NCBI GenBank assembly: GCA_051252375.1
Contig: JBPOFY010000001.1
Coordinates: 480,001-544,000 of the forward strand
Origin: Opitutaceae bacterium
GTDB lineage: Bacteria; Verrucomicrobiota; Verrucomicrobiia; Opitutales; Coraliomargaritaceae
Length of the DNA: 64,000 nt
Reading direction: 5' to 3'
In this document: in pieces, positions 1 to 9,683 of the stretch
Layout: each line of letters begins with the position of its first letter
How positions within the stretch are numbered: the stretch's first letter is position 1
Position numbers and translations under genes: made by a program
Notes under the pieces: generated by a model
Seen by the model: only the letters and a program-made list of their open reading frames with translations
What the model was told of the DNA's origin: nothing
Database searches by the model: none

Positions 1-6
1 TTTTGT

Positions 7-1701
7 TTAACTGGACGACGGCAGCCAGAAGCGAAACGCGCTGCCTTTAGTCGAAGACTCAATGAGTGTAATGTCGCCTCGGTGGCTACGGAGAATGCGT
101 TTGCTGATGGACAGCCCGAGGCCGGTCCCCCCTGGTCGATTAGTGAGAAATGATTCGAAGATGTCCGCTTGTATCGCTTTAGGAATTCCAGGACCGTTGT
201 CGCGGATGATAAATTCGATTTGTTGTTCCACTTGCCGGACCTCCAGGTCAATGCGACCTCCCTCGGGCATGACCTGTGTCGCGTTGAGTATCAGGTTCAA
301 AATGACTTGTTGGATTTGACCCTTATTGACCTCTACGTAGAGCGCGGTTGTGTCTGGCGTGAATTCAATTTCAATTTTTTGCTGGTAGAGCTTTAGGCGA
401 ACCAAGCGTAAGGTCTCCTGCACCAAACGGGTCAAGTCGCAGCGTGCGTGTAAGCCTTCGCGGTTGCGTCCGAAGCTGAGCACGCGCTCGACAATATCTT
501 CGAGTTGGTTGAGCTTTTCTCCGATAATGGAGACGTCTTTTTGGCGCTCATCGTCGGCATTGAACTGCAAGTCGAGTGACTCAAAGAGGAGCTTGATCAC
601 TGTCAGTGGATTGCGGATTTCATGAGCGATTTCAGCTGCGAGCATGCCAAGTGTCGTCAACTTCTCATTGCGGCGTAGTGACTCCTCGCTGGTGAAGACA
701 CGCGCATACAGGCGGGCGTTTTGAATGGCGATGGCGCCAAGCCCCGCAAGTGTCGCGAAGACTTTTTTCTCGTCGTTATTAAAGCGGTGCGTGCGGCTTG
801 TATAGGCATTGAGCACGCCAATCACTTCATCTCCAAAAATGATCGGAGTGGAGAGCATAGATACGAGACCTTCTTGCTGTATGATGTGAATAAAGTCGTT
901 TTCCTCTGTGAAGGCCAAATCGTTGACCTCGACTTGTTTCATTCGGAGAATCGCGGCACCAACTGCACTGCCGCCAATTGGAAGGGAATGTTCGCCTTCC
1001 ACCATCCCATCGCGCGAGACCATGGCTTGCAGTTGCAGCGATTGCTTGTCGGGAGCCAGCAAGAATAAGGCGCAACTTTGGCAGTCGAGCAGTTGGCGAC
1101 CATCTCTGGCGAGTCCTTCGTAGATCTCACTATTATCCAACTCTCCGACCAGACGTTGCCCGAGGCTGACGAGTGATTCCAGTTGGTTGGCCTTGGTGCG
1201 TAGCTGCTTGATCAGCCATAATCTCGCCACCACGCGGGAGGCTTCATTGGTGAGTAGTGTTAAGATTTTATGCGCGCTCTCGTCGAAGGCATCGATCGTC
1301 TCGCTGTCCACATTGACGACACCGATAATCATGCCGCGATCTTCCATGGGCACTGCCATTTCAGAGCGAATATCAGGGCGCAGACTGATGTATCGGGGCT
1401 CTTCTCTGACGTCGGGCACAATAATGGAGCGGCCGTGAAGGGCGGCCCACCCAGTGACGCCTTGCCCGAGTGCGAGTGCGACATCGTTGAAATCGTCAGG
1501 TAGTCCATGTGACACCTCAAGCTCTAGGTGTTTCGTATCTGGATTTATCAGCGAAATGGACGCGCTATTGGGCTGTAGCACCGCAACGATTTCTTGCAGG
1601 ATGTATTCCAGCGCGACTTTAGGTTCGTCGGTATTCGATACGAGGCTACTGATTCGATAGAGCGAATCGATCGCGGTGGCCTCTGTATCCCGTATATCCA
1701 T
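7..1701 (-). CDS. Cytoplasmic sensor histidine kinase (GAF-GAF-HisKA-HATPase)
   Basis: Two GAF-like repeats, H-box AHEIRNPL, N-box NLILNA, G-boxes DNGPGI and GTGLGL; no TM segment. Confidence 0.9.
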   Translation of the reverse strand: MDIRDTEATAIDSLYRISSLVSNTDEPKVALEYILQEIVAVLQPNSASISLINPDTKHLELEVSHGLPDDFNDVALALGQGVTGWAALHGRSIIVPDVREEPRYISLRPDIRSEMAVPMEDRGMIIGVVNVDSETIDAFDESAHKILTLLTNEASRVVARLWLIKQLRTKANQLESLVSLGQRLVGELDNSEIYEGLARDGRQLLDCQSCALFLLAPDKQSLQLQAMVSRDGMVEGEHSLPIGGSAVGAAILRMKQVEVNDLAFTEENDFIHIIQQEGLVSMLSTPIIFGDEVIGVLNAYTSRTHRFNNDEKKVFATLAGLGAIAIQNARLYARVFTSEESLRRNEKLTTLGMLAAEIAHEIRNPLTVIKLLFESLDLQFNADDERQKDVSIIGEKLNQLEDIVERVLSFGRNREGLHARCDLTRLVQETLRLVRLKLYQQKIEIEFTPDTTALYVEVNKGQIQQVILNLILNATQVMPEGGRIDLEVRQVEQQIEFIIRDNGPGIPKAIQADIFESFLTNRPGGTGLGLSISKRILRSHRGDITLIESSTKGSAFRFWLPSSS

Positions 1702-1785
1702 TTCGCAATGATAATGATATGGTCAAGCGTTTGGTCGACCCAATTATCCGCGAAGAAGTGACCCGGTATCCGCTTGTTGGTGCAA

Positions 1786-4578
1786 TTAACTACGGACGAG
1801 CGCATCGAGCTCTTCGCGCAGTGCAAGCAAGTTGGTCGTGGCGCTGTTATTGTCTTTCTCGCTGATGTTCTCGATATAGAAAGTATCCATGGCGACGCCA
1901 CGTTCGGTGGCAACTCGGGCGAAGCTGATGTCGAAGCCTTTATTGGAGATGATGCGAGCGAGTTGATAAAGCAGACCGATACGGTCACTCGCTTGCACTT
2001 CAATAATCGTGCGCTTAAGCGAAAGTTCGTGGTAAACGTCGACGCTTGGCGGGAAGGGCGCTGGTAGCATATCCTTGGTCTTGGACTTGGCGTTTTGGCG
2101 AGCTTCAAGCTCGTTGATCGCGGGCAACGGGTCTTGGCCTTTGATCAAAGCCTCTTCGAGACGTGCTTGGAAAATTTCTCGCGCCTTTGGGTTCGAGACG
2201 GTGCCACCGTCAGGGTCCATAACGTAGAAGGTGTCGATAGTGATGTGGTCACTTCGGGAGATAGCCTTTGTGCTCACGATATTGACCCCTGCCAGTGAAA
2301 AGGCTCCGGCCAATTTATAGAAAAGTCCCGCGCGGTCCCAAGTGACGACGTTGACGACAGTCATGCTGAGGTCGATATCATCGCGCCAATCAACCGTAGG
2401 CGCGAGTGCGCCAACCGACTCGGCTGATTGAATTTGCCCGAGCAACTGGTTGACCATGCGTAGGTGTAGTTCGATTTCATCTGAGTGGGTGTTGATGAAA
2501 TAACGTTCGGGCAAGAGACTGAAGTGTGCTTCGATCTCTTCTTCGGAGACGCCTTCGATGGCGATGTCTTTAATTTTTTGGTGTAACATGGCGATTTGTT
2601 CTTTGCGTCGCTGATCACTTACATCTCTGTTTTCGAATTGTTCCACCGTGCGCGCATAGAGAGTCCGATGCATGGCATCTTTATAGCTATTCCATAGCGT
2701 GGGGGCTGTGCCGCGGGCGTCGCAGTAGGTGTGAACATAGAGGAAACGTAGTTTGTCAGGATCTTCGATAAATTCAGCGAATGATTGCGCTGTTTGAGGG
2801 TCATCGAGATCAAACCGTTGCCAGAATCGTGCCATTTCTAAATGTCCGCGGATAATAAACAGAATTTGTTTCTGTTGTTCGGGCGCGATATCGAAGCGGT
2901 CGAGGATCGGTTGCGCAATGCGGACTCCGCTAACCGCATGACCTTTAACGCCTTCGGCTTTTCCGATGTCATGTAGTAAGAGGATCAAATAGAGGAGTAG
3001 AGGATCATCGTTTTTGCGTAGCTCACGCTCATAGCGTGCGTATTCGTCATCGTATTTGATAAAGACACGGTCGAGATGTCGAATCGTGCGCAGGACGTGG
3101 GCGTCGGCGGTATAGCGGTGGTAGTATTCGTGCTGCACCATACAGGTGAGTTTGCCGAACTCGGGGAGGTAGCGGCCCAAGACCCCCATCTCGTGCATCA
3201 TCATCAGGATGGGATATACTTCGCCAGGGCTGCGTAGAATGGAGCAGAATGTTTTTGCTGCAGATCGACTGTTAATCACCTTGTAGTCGATTAAGAGGAT
3301 CGAGCGGGAAATTAGATATTTTAGGTCGGGGTCGAGGCGTGCACCAAATTGCTGTAGAAGTCGAAAAACCCGAAGTAATCGAACTGGGTCTTCTTTGAAG
3401 ACATCAACGTTTTCTACTGAGATGACTTTTTCTGTGAGGGTGAAGCCATCAATTTTTCGGATAGGGAGGTGTTGGCGCGAGCGGAGTGCCTCTCGAAATG
3501 AGATACGATTTGATTTGCCCGGCGAGGAGGCGAGGGCCAGTCGCTCTTTTAGCATCTCACTGGTATGATAAATCGTTCGAGCAGCAGTGTAGTAGTCTTT
3601 CATGAACGCTTCTACGCGCTCAAAGACATCTTTTTGCGGGTAATTTAAGAATTCCGCGATGACTGGCTGTTGTTCTAGGTCGAGCTTGTCGGTGGGACGA
3701 CGATTTTGAAAATGCAACTCGGTGCGGGTGCGCAGGAGAAAGTCATAGGCGGCGCGCATATCTTGTCGCTCGTCTGGGCGCAGTAGCTTGGCTTTGACTA
3801 GTTCGCCGAACGAGCGATAGCCAAACTTGATATGCGACATCCAGAGAATGTTTTGAAAGTCGCGCAGTCCGCCAACACCGTTTTTGATATCCGGCTCTTG
3901 CAGGTAGATGGTATTGCCTGCTTTGGCGTGGCGCTGGCTTTCGTCTTCGAGGCGTTGTAGAATATAGTCGCGTGAATTTTCCTTCTTACAGAAGTCGGAA
4001 AATTGTTTATACATTTTTTTGAATACAGGCTCTGAGCCGCAAATGATGCGCGATTCGAGGATGGCGTTCTTCGATTGCACCTCATTTCGAGCCTCACTGA
4101 TGGCTTCCTTGGGGTTGCGCGAAGCATGGCCAACTTTTAGACCTAAGTCCCAGAGCGGATAGAGTATCTCTTCGGTTAAGACTTCTTGGAATTTATCAAA
4201 ATTCTTCCCCGTGATTTTATCCGGGTAGAGAAACATGAGATCGATGTCACTGTGGGGGTTGAGCTCTCGTCTGCCGTAGCCCCCTGTCGCTAAAACGGCC
4301 ATTTTACAGGGCAGGGCTCCATATTTTGTGCCATATAGGTCGAGTGCGGCGATGAAGAGATTTTCGATGATGACATCGATCATGGCGGCACGAGCCTGAC
4401 AGTTTTTCATCCCAGAACTGCCCTTGCGATGATTTCGCATGAGCATAGTGTTCTCTAGCTCCATAAACCGCTTATAGGCAGGCAGTTGCTTGCTCCTTGA
4501 TTCACCCGGGTCAAATACTAGGCGTTTTTGGGCGTGAGTCCGAAGGCGGCGAAAGAGCGGGTTTTCTTGTATAGGCAT
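1786..4578 (-). CDS. glnD: [Protein-PII] uridylyltransferase/uridylyl-removing enzyme
   Basis: GGYGRRELNPHSDIDL, EPDIKNGVGGLRD, HD domain (LLHDIGK), two C-terminal ACT domains; start moved to ATG 4578 (MPIQEN). Confidence 0.95.
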   Translation of the reverse strand: MPIQENPLFRRLRTHAQKRLVFDPGESRSKQLPAYKRFMELENTMLMRNHRKGSSGMKNCQARAAMIDVIIENLFIAALDLYGTKYGALPCKMAVLATGGYGRRELNPHSDIDLMFLYPDKITGKNFDKFQEVLTEEILYPLWDLGLKVGHASRNPKEAISEARNEVQSKNAILESRIICGSEPVFKKMYKQFSDFCKKENSRDYILQRLEDESQRHAKAGNTIYLQEPDIKNGVGGLRDFQNILWMSHIKFGYRSFGELVKAKLLRPDERQDMRAAYDFLLRTRTELHFQNRRPTDKLDLEQQPVIAEFLNYPQKDVFERVEAFMKDYYTAARTIYHTSEMLKERLALASSPGKSNRISFREALRSRQHLPIRKIDGFTLTEKVISVENVDVFKEDPVRLLRVFRLLQQFGARLDPDLKYLISRSILLIDYKVINSRSAAKTFCSILRSPGEVYPILMMMHEMGVLGRYLPEFGKLTCMVQHEYYHRYTADAHVLRTIRHLDRVFIKYDDEYARYERELRKNDDPLLLYLILLLHDIGKAEGVKGHAVSGVRIAQPILDRFDIAPEQQKQILFIIRGHLEMARFWQRFDLDDPQTAQSFAEFIEDPDKLRFLYVHTYCDARGTAPTLWNSYKDAMHRTLYARTVEQFENRDVSDQRRKEQIAMLHQKIKDIAIEGVSEEEIEAHFSLLPERYFINTHSDEIELHLRMVNQLLGQIQSAESVGALAPTVDWRDDIDLSMTVVNVVTWDRAGLFYKLAGAFSLAGVNIVSTKAISRSDHITIDTFYVMDPDGGTVSNPKAREIFQARLEEALIKGQDPLPAINELEARQNAKSKTKDMLPAPFPPSVDVYHELSLKRTIIEVQASDRIGLLYQLARIISNKGFDISFARVATERGVAMDTFYIENISEKDNNSATTNLLALREELDALVRS

Positions 4579-4759
4579 GTGTCTGTGCGGAGCGGTCTCT
4601 AGAAACCTCGTTTTAGGCACTATCGTCAAGCGAGTTTGCGTATCAAGTCGTTCCAGCACTCGATTGTTGAAATAAATCCCTTTCTTTTTTGACGGATGGG
4701 CTGTATCTGCTACCGCTTACTATTCGTTTTATTTCCACGCAACCAACACAAATCATATT

Positions 4760-5353
4760 ATGCAAATAGCAGAAGGCACAGTAGTCTCCATGGACTACGC
4801 ACTCAAAGACGATGAAGGCACACTGATCGATCAGTCTCAACCGGGGCAGCCATTGGTCTATCTTCACGGTCATCGTAACATTATTCCCGGTCTCGAAGCA
4901 GCCCTAGAGGGTAAATCTACTGGCGAGCAAGTCGATGTGCGCGTAGATCCTGCAAATGGATATGGCGAGCCGAATCCGGCTTTAGAGCAAGTCGTGCCCA
5001 AGGATCGTTTCCAAGGCGTCGAAGACCTTCAGGTAGGCATGCAGTTCCAAGCCAATACTGACCAAGGTCCGGTTTCTGTGCGTGTGACTAAGGTCGAAGA
5101 CGACGATGTCACTGTGGATGGCAATCACCCTTTAGCGGGCAAGCACTTGAACTTTAGCGTTACCGTGCATGAAGTGCGCGCAGGCACTGAAGAAGAAATC
5201 GCTCACGGGCACATTCATCAAGGCGGCGGTTGCTGCGGCGGTGGCGGTGAAGGTGGCGAATGCTGCTCATCTGAAGGCGAATGCTCTACTGAAGGTGAAG
5301 AAGCTAAGTCCGAAGGCGAATGTCAAGACGGCGGCTGCGGTTGCTCCCACTAG
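4760..5353 (+). CDS. slyD: FKBP-type peptidyl-prolyl isomerase with metal-binding tail
   Basis: YLHGHRNIIPGLE, VDGNHPLAGK, EEIAHGH and a Cys/Glu/Gly tail. Confidence 0.95.
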   Translation: MQIAEGTVVSMDYALKDDEGTLIDQSQPGQPLVYLHGHRNIIPGLEAALEGKSTGEQVDVRVDPANGYGEPNPALEQVVPKDRFQGVEDLQVGMQFQANTDQGPVSVRVTKVEDDDVTVDGNHPLAGKHLNFSVTVHEVRAGTEEEIAHGHIHQGGGCCGGGGEGGECCSSEGECSTEGEEAKSEGECQDGGCGCSH

Positions 5354-5387
5354 TGCTTTTGCTGCAATAGCAAATCGCTGAACTTTT

Positions 5388-5422
5388 AAAGGCTCCGCCG
5401 GATATCCGGCGGAGCCTTTTTT
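5388..5422 (+). terminator. Intrinsic terminator after slyD
   Basis: Perfect palindrome AAAGGCTCCGCCGGATATCCGGCGGAGCCTTT followed by T-run. Confidence 0.85.
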
Positions 5423-5564
5423 ATTTAACCTCGATTACATTGATCGAGCGACTTTTGATCGGCGCGAATTGCCTTTTTGGTTTCTATGCTGGTATTTCGC
5501 GTTAAGGGATGCTGAATCGAACCTTGTTTTCCTTATGCAGCGAGGTATTTTCAGAACAAAATAT

Positions 5565-8132
5565 ATGGCAAGAACAGCAAAGAAGAAAGTCGCGAAGCGC
5601 AAAGTCGTTTCTCAGCCCCGTAAAGCCCAATCACGCCCGATCTGGGCGTTATTGTTCTTCACGATGGCGGCACTGGTATTGGTGGCGGTCTTTGATTATA
5701 ATACAGGTCAATACAATGCGAGCCCGCCAACCGATACAAATTTAGTTGGGCATTTCGGTAGTTTTATCGGCTTTCACGGCTTTCATTACCTCGGTGTCTC
5801 GATCTGGTTGCTACCGATGTATCTACTCTGGTTTGGTGTGCGTTTATTGATTCAGCAGGCACCACGCAAACGAGTGCTGACTGCCGCGGTGTCGTTGCTC
5901 TGTCTGATTTGTGCATCCGGACTGGCTGCGATGATGGCCTCGCCCGACCAAGTCGCGGGTAGTTTGTTTGAGCAACAACTGTCGAATTTTTTTGGTGGTG
6001 TCATCGGTGAATGGATCGCTCCAGTGCTGATGCAGCCTTATGTTGGTCCTTTTGGCACCTTCTTGATTTTAATGATGGGCTTATTGATCGGCTCGATTGT
6101 TGTCTTTACGGATAATTTGGGCCGCCTATTGGATTATCTTCAAAATGCCTACCGCTCCTTTTTGGATGGTCGTGCTACTTCTAAGGAAGAGCGTAAGAAG
6201 CTCAAGGCCGAGCAAGCGGAGGCCAAGCGCCTCGCCAAAATTGAGCAGCAGCGTGAAAAAGAGCAGGCTAAAGCCGATCGCTTAGCGGCGAAAGCAGCGA
6301 AGAAGGCTGGTAAGACGGCACCAGCTGAGGAGCCCGAAGAAGAATCGCCAGCAGATGATGGCCGCAAACCTTCACTCCTTGGCGGTTCGTTTTCAGCGCC
6401 TCCAGGCTTGGCCGCTCCAAAAAAGAAGAAAACCACTCCAAAGCGTTCGCTCACTGTGCCGCCCATGGAGAAAGAACCGGAGCCCCCAGTTGAGCCACCC
6501 ACAGAAGAGCTGAAAAAGCCGAAGTTTGACCCTTCAATGATTAAGGTGATCGCAGGTCAAAAGGCAGAGAAGTCAGCGGTTGCCAATATCCCAGAGCGTC
6601 GTGGTGATTATACCTTCCCGCCACTCAAGTTACTTGCTGAACCGCAAGATACCTCGAATGCGCCACAGGAAGACCACGCCGGCACAATGGAGGCACTCGT
6701 CCGCACGCTTGAAGAATTTGGTGTCAAAGTCATACCCGGCGAAATCCACACTGGCCCAGTCATCACTCGCTACGAAGTGACGCCAGCGCCTGGAGTGCGC
6801 GTGGAGAAGATTGTAAATTTGGATAAGAACATCGCCTTGGGACTTAAAGCGATGTCGGTTCGTATTCTCGCGCCTGTTCCTGGTAAGGGCACGGTCGGGA
6901 TCGAAGTGCCTAACAAGGTCGCGCAAGCGGTTTGCATGCGGGACATCGTCGAATCCAAGGCATGGGCCGAGGCAAATGCGGAAATTCCAGTCGTGCTTGG
7001 GCAGGATGTGACCGGTAAGCCGATGGTGATGGATCTCACTAAGATGCCCCACGTCTTGATTGCCGGTTCCACTGGTTCCGGTAAGACCGTCTGTATCAAC
7101 GCGATCATTGCTTCGCTGCTGTATCACTCGGGTCCTGAGGATTTACGTTTCATCATGGTCGACCCCAAGGTGGTGGAAATGCAGATGTATAATGCATTGC
7201 CGCACATGTTGATTCCAGTGGTGACCGAGGCTAAGAAAGTGCCTGGTGCGCTCAAGTGGCTGATCGCCGAGATGGAGCACCGCTATCAGATCTTTGCCAA
7301 AACCAATGTTCGGAATATTGCCGGCTTCAACGCGAAGATCGCGAAGGACAAAGAAGAGCAAGCCAAGGCCGAAGCAATGGATGCCGAAATGAGTCCGGAA
7401 GAGCGTCACGCGCTCAGCAACATGGAAGTGCCGCGCGATGACGACGCCTTCGAAATTCCGAAAAAGAAACTACCTTACATCGTCTGTATAATCGACGAGC
7501 TTGCTGACCTCATGATGGTCGCACCCGCCGACATCGAAACATGTATTGCGCGGATTGCTCAGCTCGCACGTGCTGCAGGTATTCACCTGATTCTCGCGAC
7601 ACAGCGTCCATCGGTGAATGTCATCACCGGTGTGATTAAGGCCAATTTGCCCAGCCGTATTTCGTTCAAGGTCGCATCTAAGATCGACAGTCGCACGATT
7701 CTCGATGGTGGCGGCGCCGAAGCACTGATCGGGCGTGGTGACATGCTCTTCATTCCTCCCGGCACATCCAATCTAGTGCGTGCACAGGGTGCCTTCGTTT
7801 CGGACGAAGAAATTGAAGCGATCGTCGACTTCCTGAAGGATAACAACGATCCGCCAGACATCGCACAAGAGGTGCAGAAGCAAATCGATCTCGGTGGCGA
7901 CGACGGCACTGGTGACGACGGCGGTCCAAGTGATGGCGACGAGCTTTTGCCTGACGCGATTGACGTGCTACGTTCGACTAAGCGCGCCTCGACTTCGATG
8001 CTTCAGCGTCGCTTACGTATCGGCTACAACCGCGCGGCTCGTCTCATGGAAGAACTCGAAGAGCGCGGCATCGTAGGACCTGAAAACGGCTCCAGCCCTC
8101 GTGAGATAATGGTGGATTTGGACTCGATGTAA
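5565..8132 (+). CDS. ftsK: DNA translocase FtsK
   Basis: N-terminal TM region, PHVLIAGSTGSGKT, IIDELADLMM, ATQRPSV, gamma domain LQRRLRIGYNRAAR; start at MARTAK. Confidence 0.95.
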   Translation: MARTAKKKVAKRKVVSQPRKAQSRPIWALLFFTMAALVLVAVFDYNTGQYNASPPTDTNLVGHFGSFIGFHGFHYLGVSIWLLPMYLLWFGVRLLIQQAPRKRVLTAAVSLLCLICASGLAAMMASPDQVAGSLFEQQLSNFFGGVIGEWIAPVLMQPYVGPFGTFLILMMGLLIGSIVVFTDNLGRLLDYLQNAYRSFLDGRATSKEERKKLKAEQAEAKRLAKIEQQREKEQAKADRLAAKAAKKAGKTAPAEEPEEESPADDGRKPSLLGGSFSAPPGLAAPKKKKTTPKRSLTVPPMEKEPEPPVEPPTEELKKPKFDPSMIKVIAGQKAEKSAVANIPERRGDYTFPPLKLLAEPQDTSNAPQEDHAGTMEALVRTLEEFGVKVIPGEIHTGPVITRYEVTPAPGVRVEKIVNLDKNIALGLKAMSVRILAPVPGKGTVGIEVPNKVAQAVCMRDIVESKAWAEANAEIPVVLGQDVTGKPMVMDLTKMPHVLIAGSTGSGKTVCINAIIASLLYHSGPEDLRFIMVDPKVVEMQMYNALPHMLIPVVTEAKKVPGALKWLIAEMEHRYQIFAKTNVRNIAGFNAKIAKDKEEQAKAEAMDAEMSPEERHALSNMEVPRDDDAFEIPKKKLPYIVCIIDELADLMMVAPADIETCIARIAQLARAAGIHLILATQRPSVNVITGVIKANLPSRISFKVASKIDSRTILDGGGAEALIGRGDMLFIPPGTSNLVRAQGAFVSDEEIEAIVDFLKDNNDPPDIAQEVQKQIDLGGDDGTGDDGGPSDGDELLPDAIDVLRSTKRASTSMLQRRLRIGYNRAARLMEELEERGIVGPENGSSPREIMVDLDSM

Positions 8133-8135
8133 GCG

Positions 8136-8561
8136 ATGAGCCAAGACGACTCCCACATCGATTCGCTCGCGATTGCGCATTACGTAGTGGGAGGGTTTAT
8201 GGTTTTGTTTTCCTGCATGCCTTTGATGCATATGTTCATGGGGCTGATGATGGTCATGGATGTCGGGAATATGCAGGAGGCGATGGTGGCTCAAAATGAA
8301 ACGCAACCGATGCCGTTCCCGCCAGCGCTGTTTGGCTGGTTCTTCTTTGGTGTCGGGCTGCTCTTTTTTCTGATCGGCCAAGCGATCTCGATTTCAGTGA
8401 TCATCTCTGGTCGTTTCCTGCATCAGCGAAAGAATTATATGTTCTCCTTCGTGCTGGCTTGTATCGCTTGTATGTTTGTCCCCTTCGGCACGGTGCTTGG
8501 TGTGTTTACCATTATTGTGCTCTCGCGTGAATCGGTCAAAATGCTCTATGGTCGGAGCTGA
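8136..8561 (+). CDS. Membrane protein of unknown function
   Basis: 141 aa with several hydrophobic helices, tightly coupled to ftsK and exbD. Confidence 0.75.
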   Translation: MSQDDSHIDSLAIAHYVVGGFMVLFSCMPLMHMFMGLMMVMDVGNMQEAMVAQNETQPMPFPPALFGWFFFGVGLLFFLIGQAISISVIISGRFLHQRKNYMFSFVLACIACMFVPFGTVLGVFTIIVLSRESVKMLYGRS

Positions 8562-8583
8562 TTCATTTCACCACGTTTAAAAA

Positions 8584-8997
8584 ATGGCCCGCCGACGCTC
8601 ATCGAAACCACCGGAAGAAGATTTCCCTATGACGCCGATGATCGATATGGTCTTCCTGTTGTTGGTCTTCTTTATGACAGTCAGCACATTGGCCCAAGCA
8701 GATAGGCGCGTGAAACTCGACTTGCCTGAATCGTCGCAGAGTGACGTGCCGGAAGATTTGTCGGACCGTGGCACGATCTCTTTGGATGCTGAGGGCGCGA
8801 TCTATCTTGGCGCGCAAGTGCGTAGCTTGGATGAAATGCAGAGCGCGATTCAAGAGTCGCTGGAGCTCAACCCAGACTTGCGGATCCACGTTCGAGCCGA
8901 TCAAGCGACAGCCTACAGTGACATTAAAAAAGTCCTCCGTGCCTGCGCGGAAGTGGGGGCTTACGAAGTGATCTACGCCACCTACCAATCGAAATAG
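8584..8997 (+). CDS. exbD: ExbD/TolR family biopolymer transport protein
   Basis: MTPMIDMVFLLLVFFM motif; IHVRAD. Confidence 0.9.
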   Translation: MARRRSSKPPEEDFPMTPMIDMVFLLLVFFMTVSTLAQADRRVKLDLPESSQSDVPEDLSDRGTISLDAEGAIYLGAQVRSLDEMQSAIQESLELNPDLRIHVRADQATAYSDIKKVLRACAEVGAYEVIYATYQSK

Positions 8998-8999
8998 CC

Positions 9000-9443
9000 A
9001 TGGCCAAACTAAAGAAGAAAGCAGAAGAGAAGATCAGCATCCCGATCGCACCGATGATCGATGTGGTCTTTCTCTTGCTGATTTACTTTATGGTTTCATC
9101 AACATTGGAGCAGCAGGAGGCGGACCTCTCGTTTCAGTTGCCGGGCTCAGTCGAGCAGGACGAACCACTGGATCTTCCAGATGAGCAAATCATTGAGATC
9201 CGGGAAGATGGCCAAGTTGTGGTGAACGACTATCCCTATGACGCGCCAGACGCGCCCCGCTTGGAAGAATTAGCAGCGATGCTGACACGTTTTCGCGAAG
9301 CGAGCGCTGCCAATAAAGTAGAGGCGATTGTGACGATTTCGCCCTCCGATTCTGTGGCACATGCTCAAATCGTTAAGGTGATGGACGCCTGCTCTATGGC
9401 TGGAGTGGAAGCAGTTAATTTCGCCTTGGGCGATGATTCGTGA
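9000..9443 (+). CDS. exbD: ExbD/TolR family biopolymer transport protein (second copy)
   Basis: IAPMIDVVFLLLIYFM motif; VKVMDAC. Confidence 0.9.
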   Translation: MAKLKKKAEEKISIPIAPMIDVVFLLLIYFMVSSTLEQQEADLSFQLPGSVEQDEPLDLPDEQIIEIREDGQVVVNDYPYDAPDAPRLEELAAMLTRFREASAANKVEAIVTISPSDSVAHAQIVKVMDACSMAGVEAVNFALGDDS

Positions 9444-9444
9444 A

Positions 9445-9496
9445 ACCCCTCCGTCTGCGGCAAGCGCAGACACCTCCCCTTAGCAGGGGAGGAGCT
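9445..9496. repeat. Two-hairpin intergenic repeat (copy 1; copy 2 at 50655-50706)
   Basis: CCGTCTGCGGCAAGCGCAGACACCTCCCCTTAGCAGGGGAGGAGCT is nearly identical to 50655-50706. Confidence 0.85.
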
Positions 9497-9528
9497 TTCT
9501 TTGGCGTGTTCGCTCCAGAACAGATTAA

Positions 9529-9625
9529 GGTAGGGGCGGTCGTCCCGACCGCCATTGCATGTTGCTTAGCTCCTAGTCAGGTTGAGCGACTCAGACGTGT
9601 GGCGATGGGGACCATCGCCGCTACC
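9529..9625. repeat. GTAG-type REP doublet (REPIN-like), family B
   Basis: GGTAG...CTACC ends, each followed by a hairpin; reverse complement aligns with 62345-62473. Confidence 0.85.
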
Positions 9626-9683
9626 AATTAAAGCCAAAAGCATCTATAGAGTGTGGTGTTAATCCACAGAATCCGTGCTGCTT

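Noticed and set aside
8584..9443. exbD pair without exbB or tonB
   Set aside because: Dispersed ExbD paralogs are common in PVC genomes; the partners are probably elsewhere.
9440..9631. 63-aa ORF after the second exbD
   Set aside because: Made up of two repeat elements; not a credible gene.
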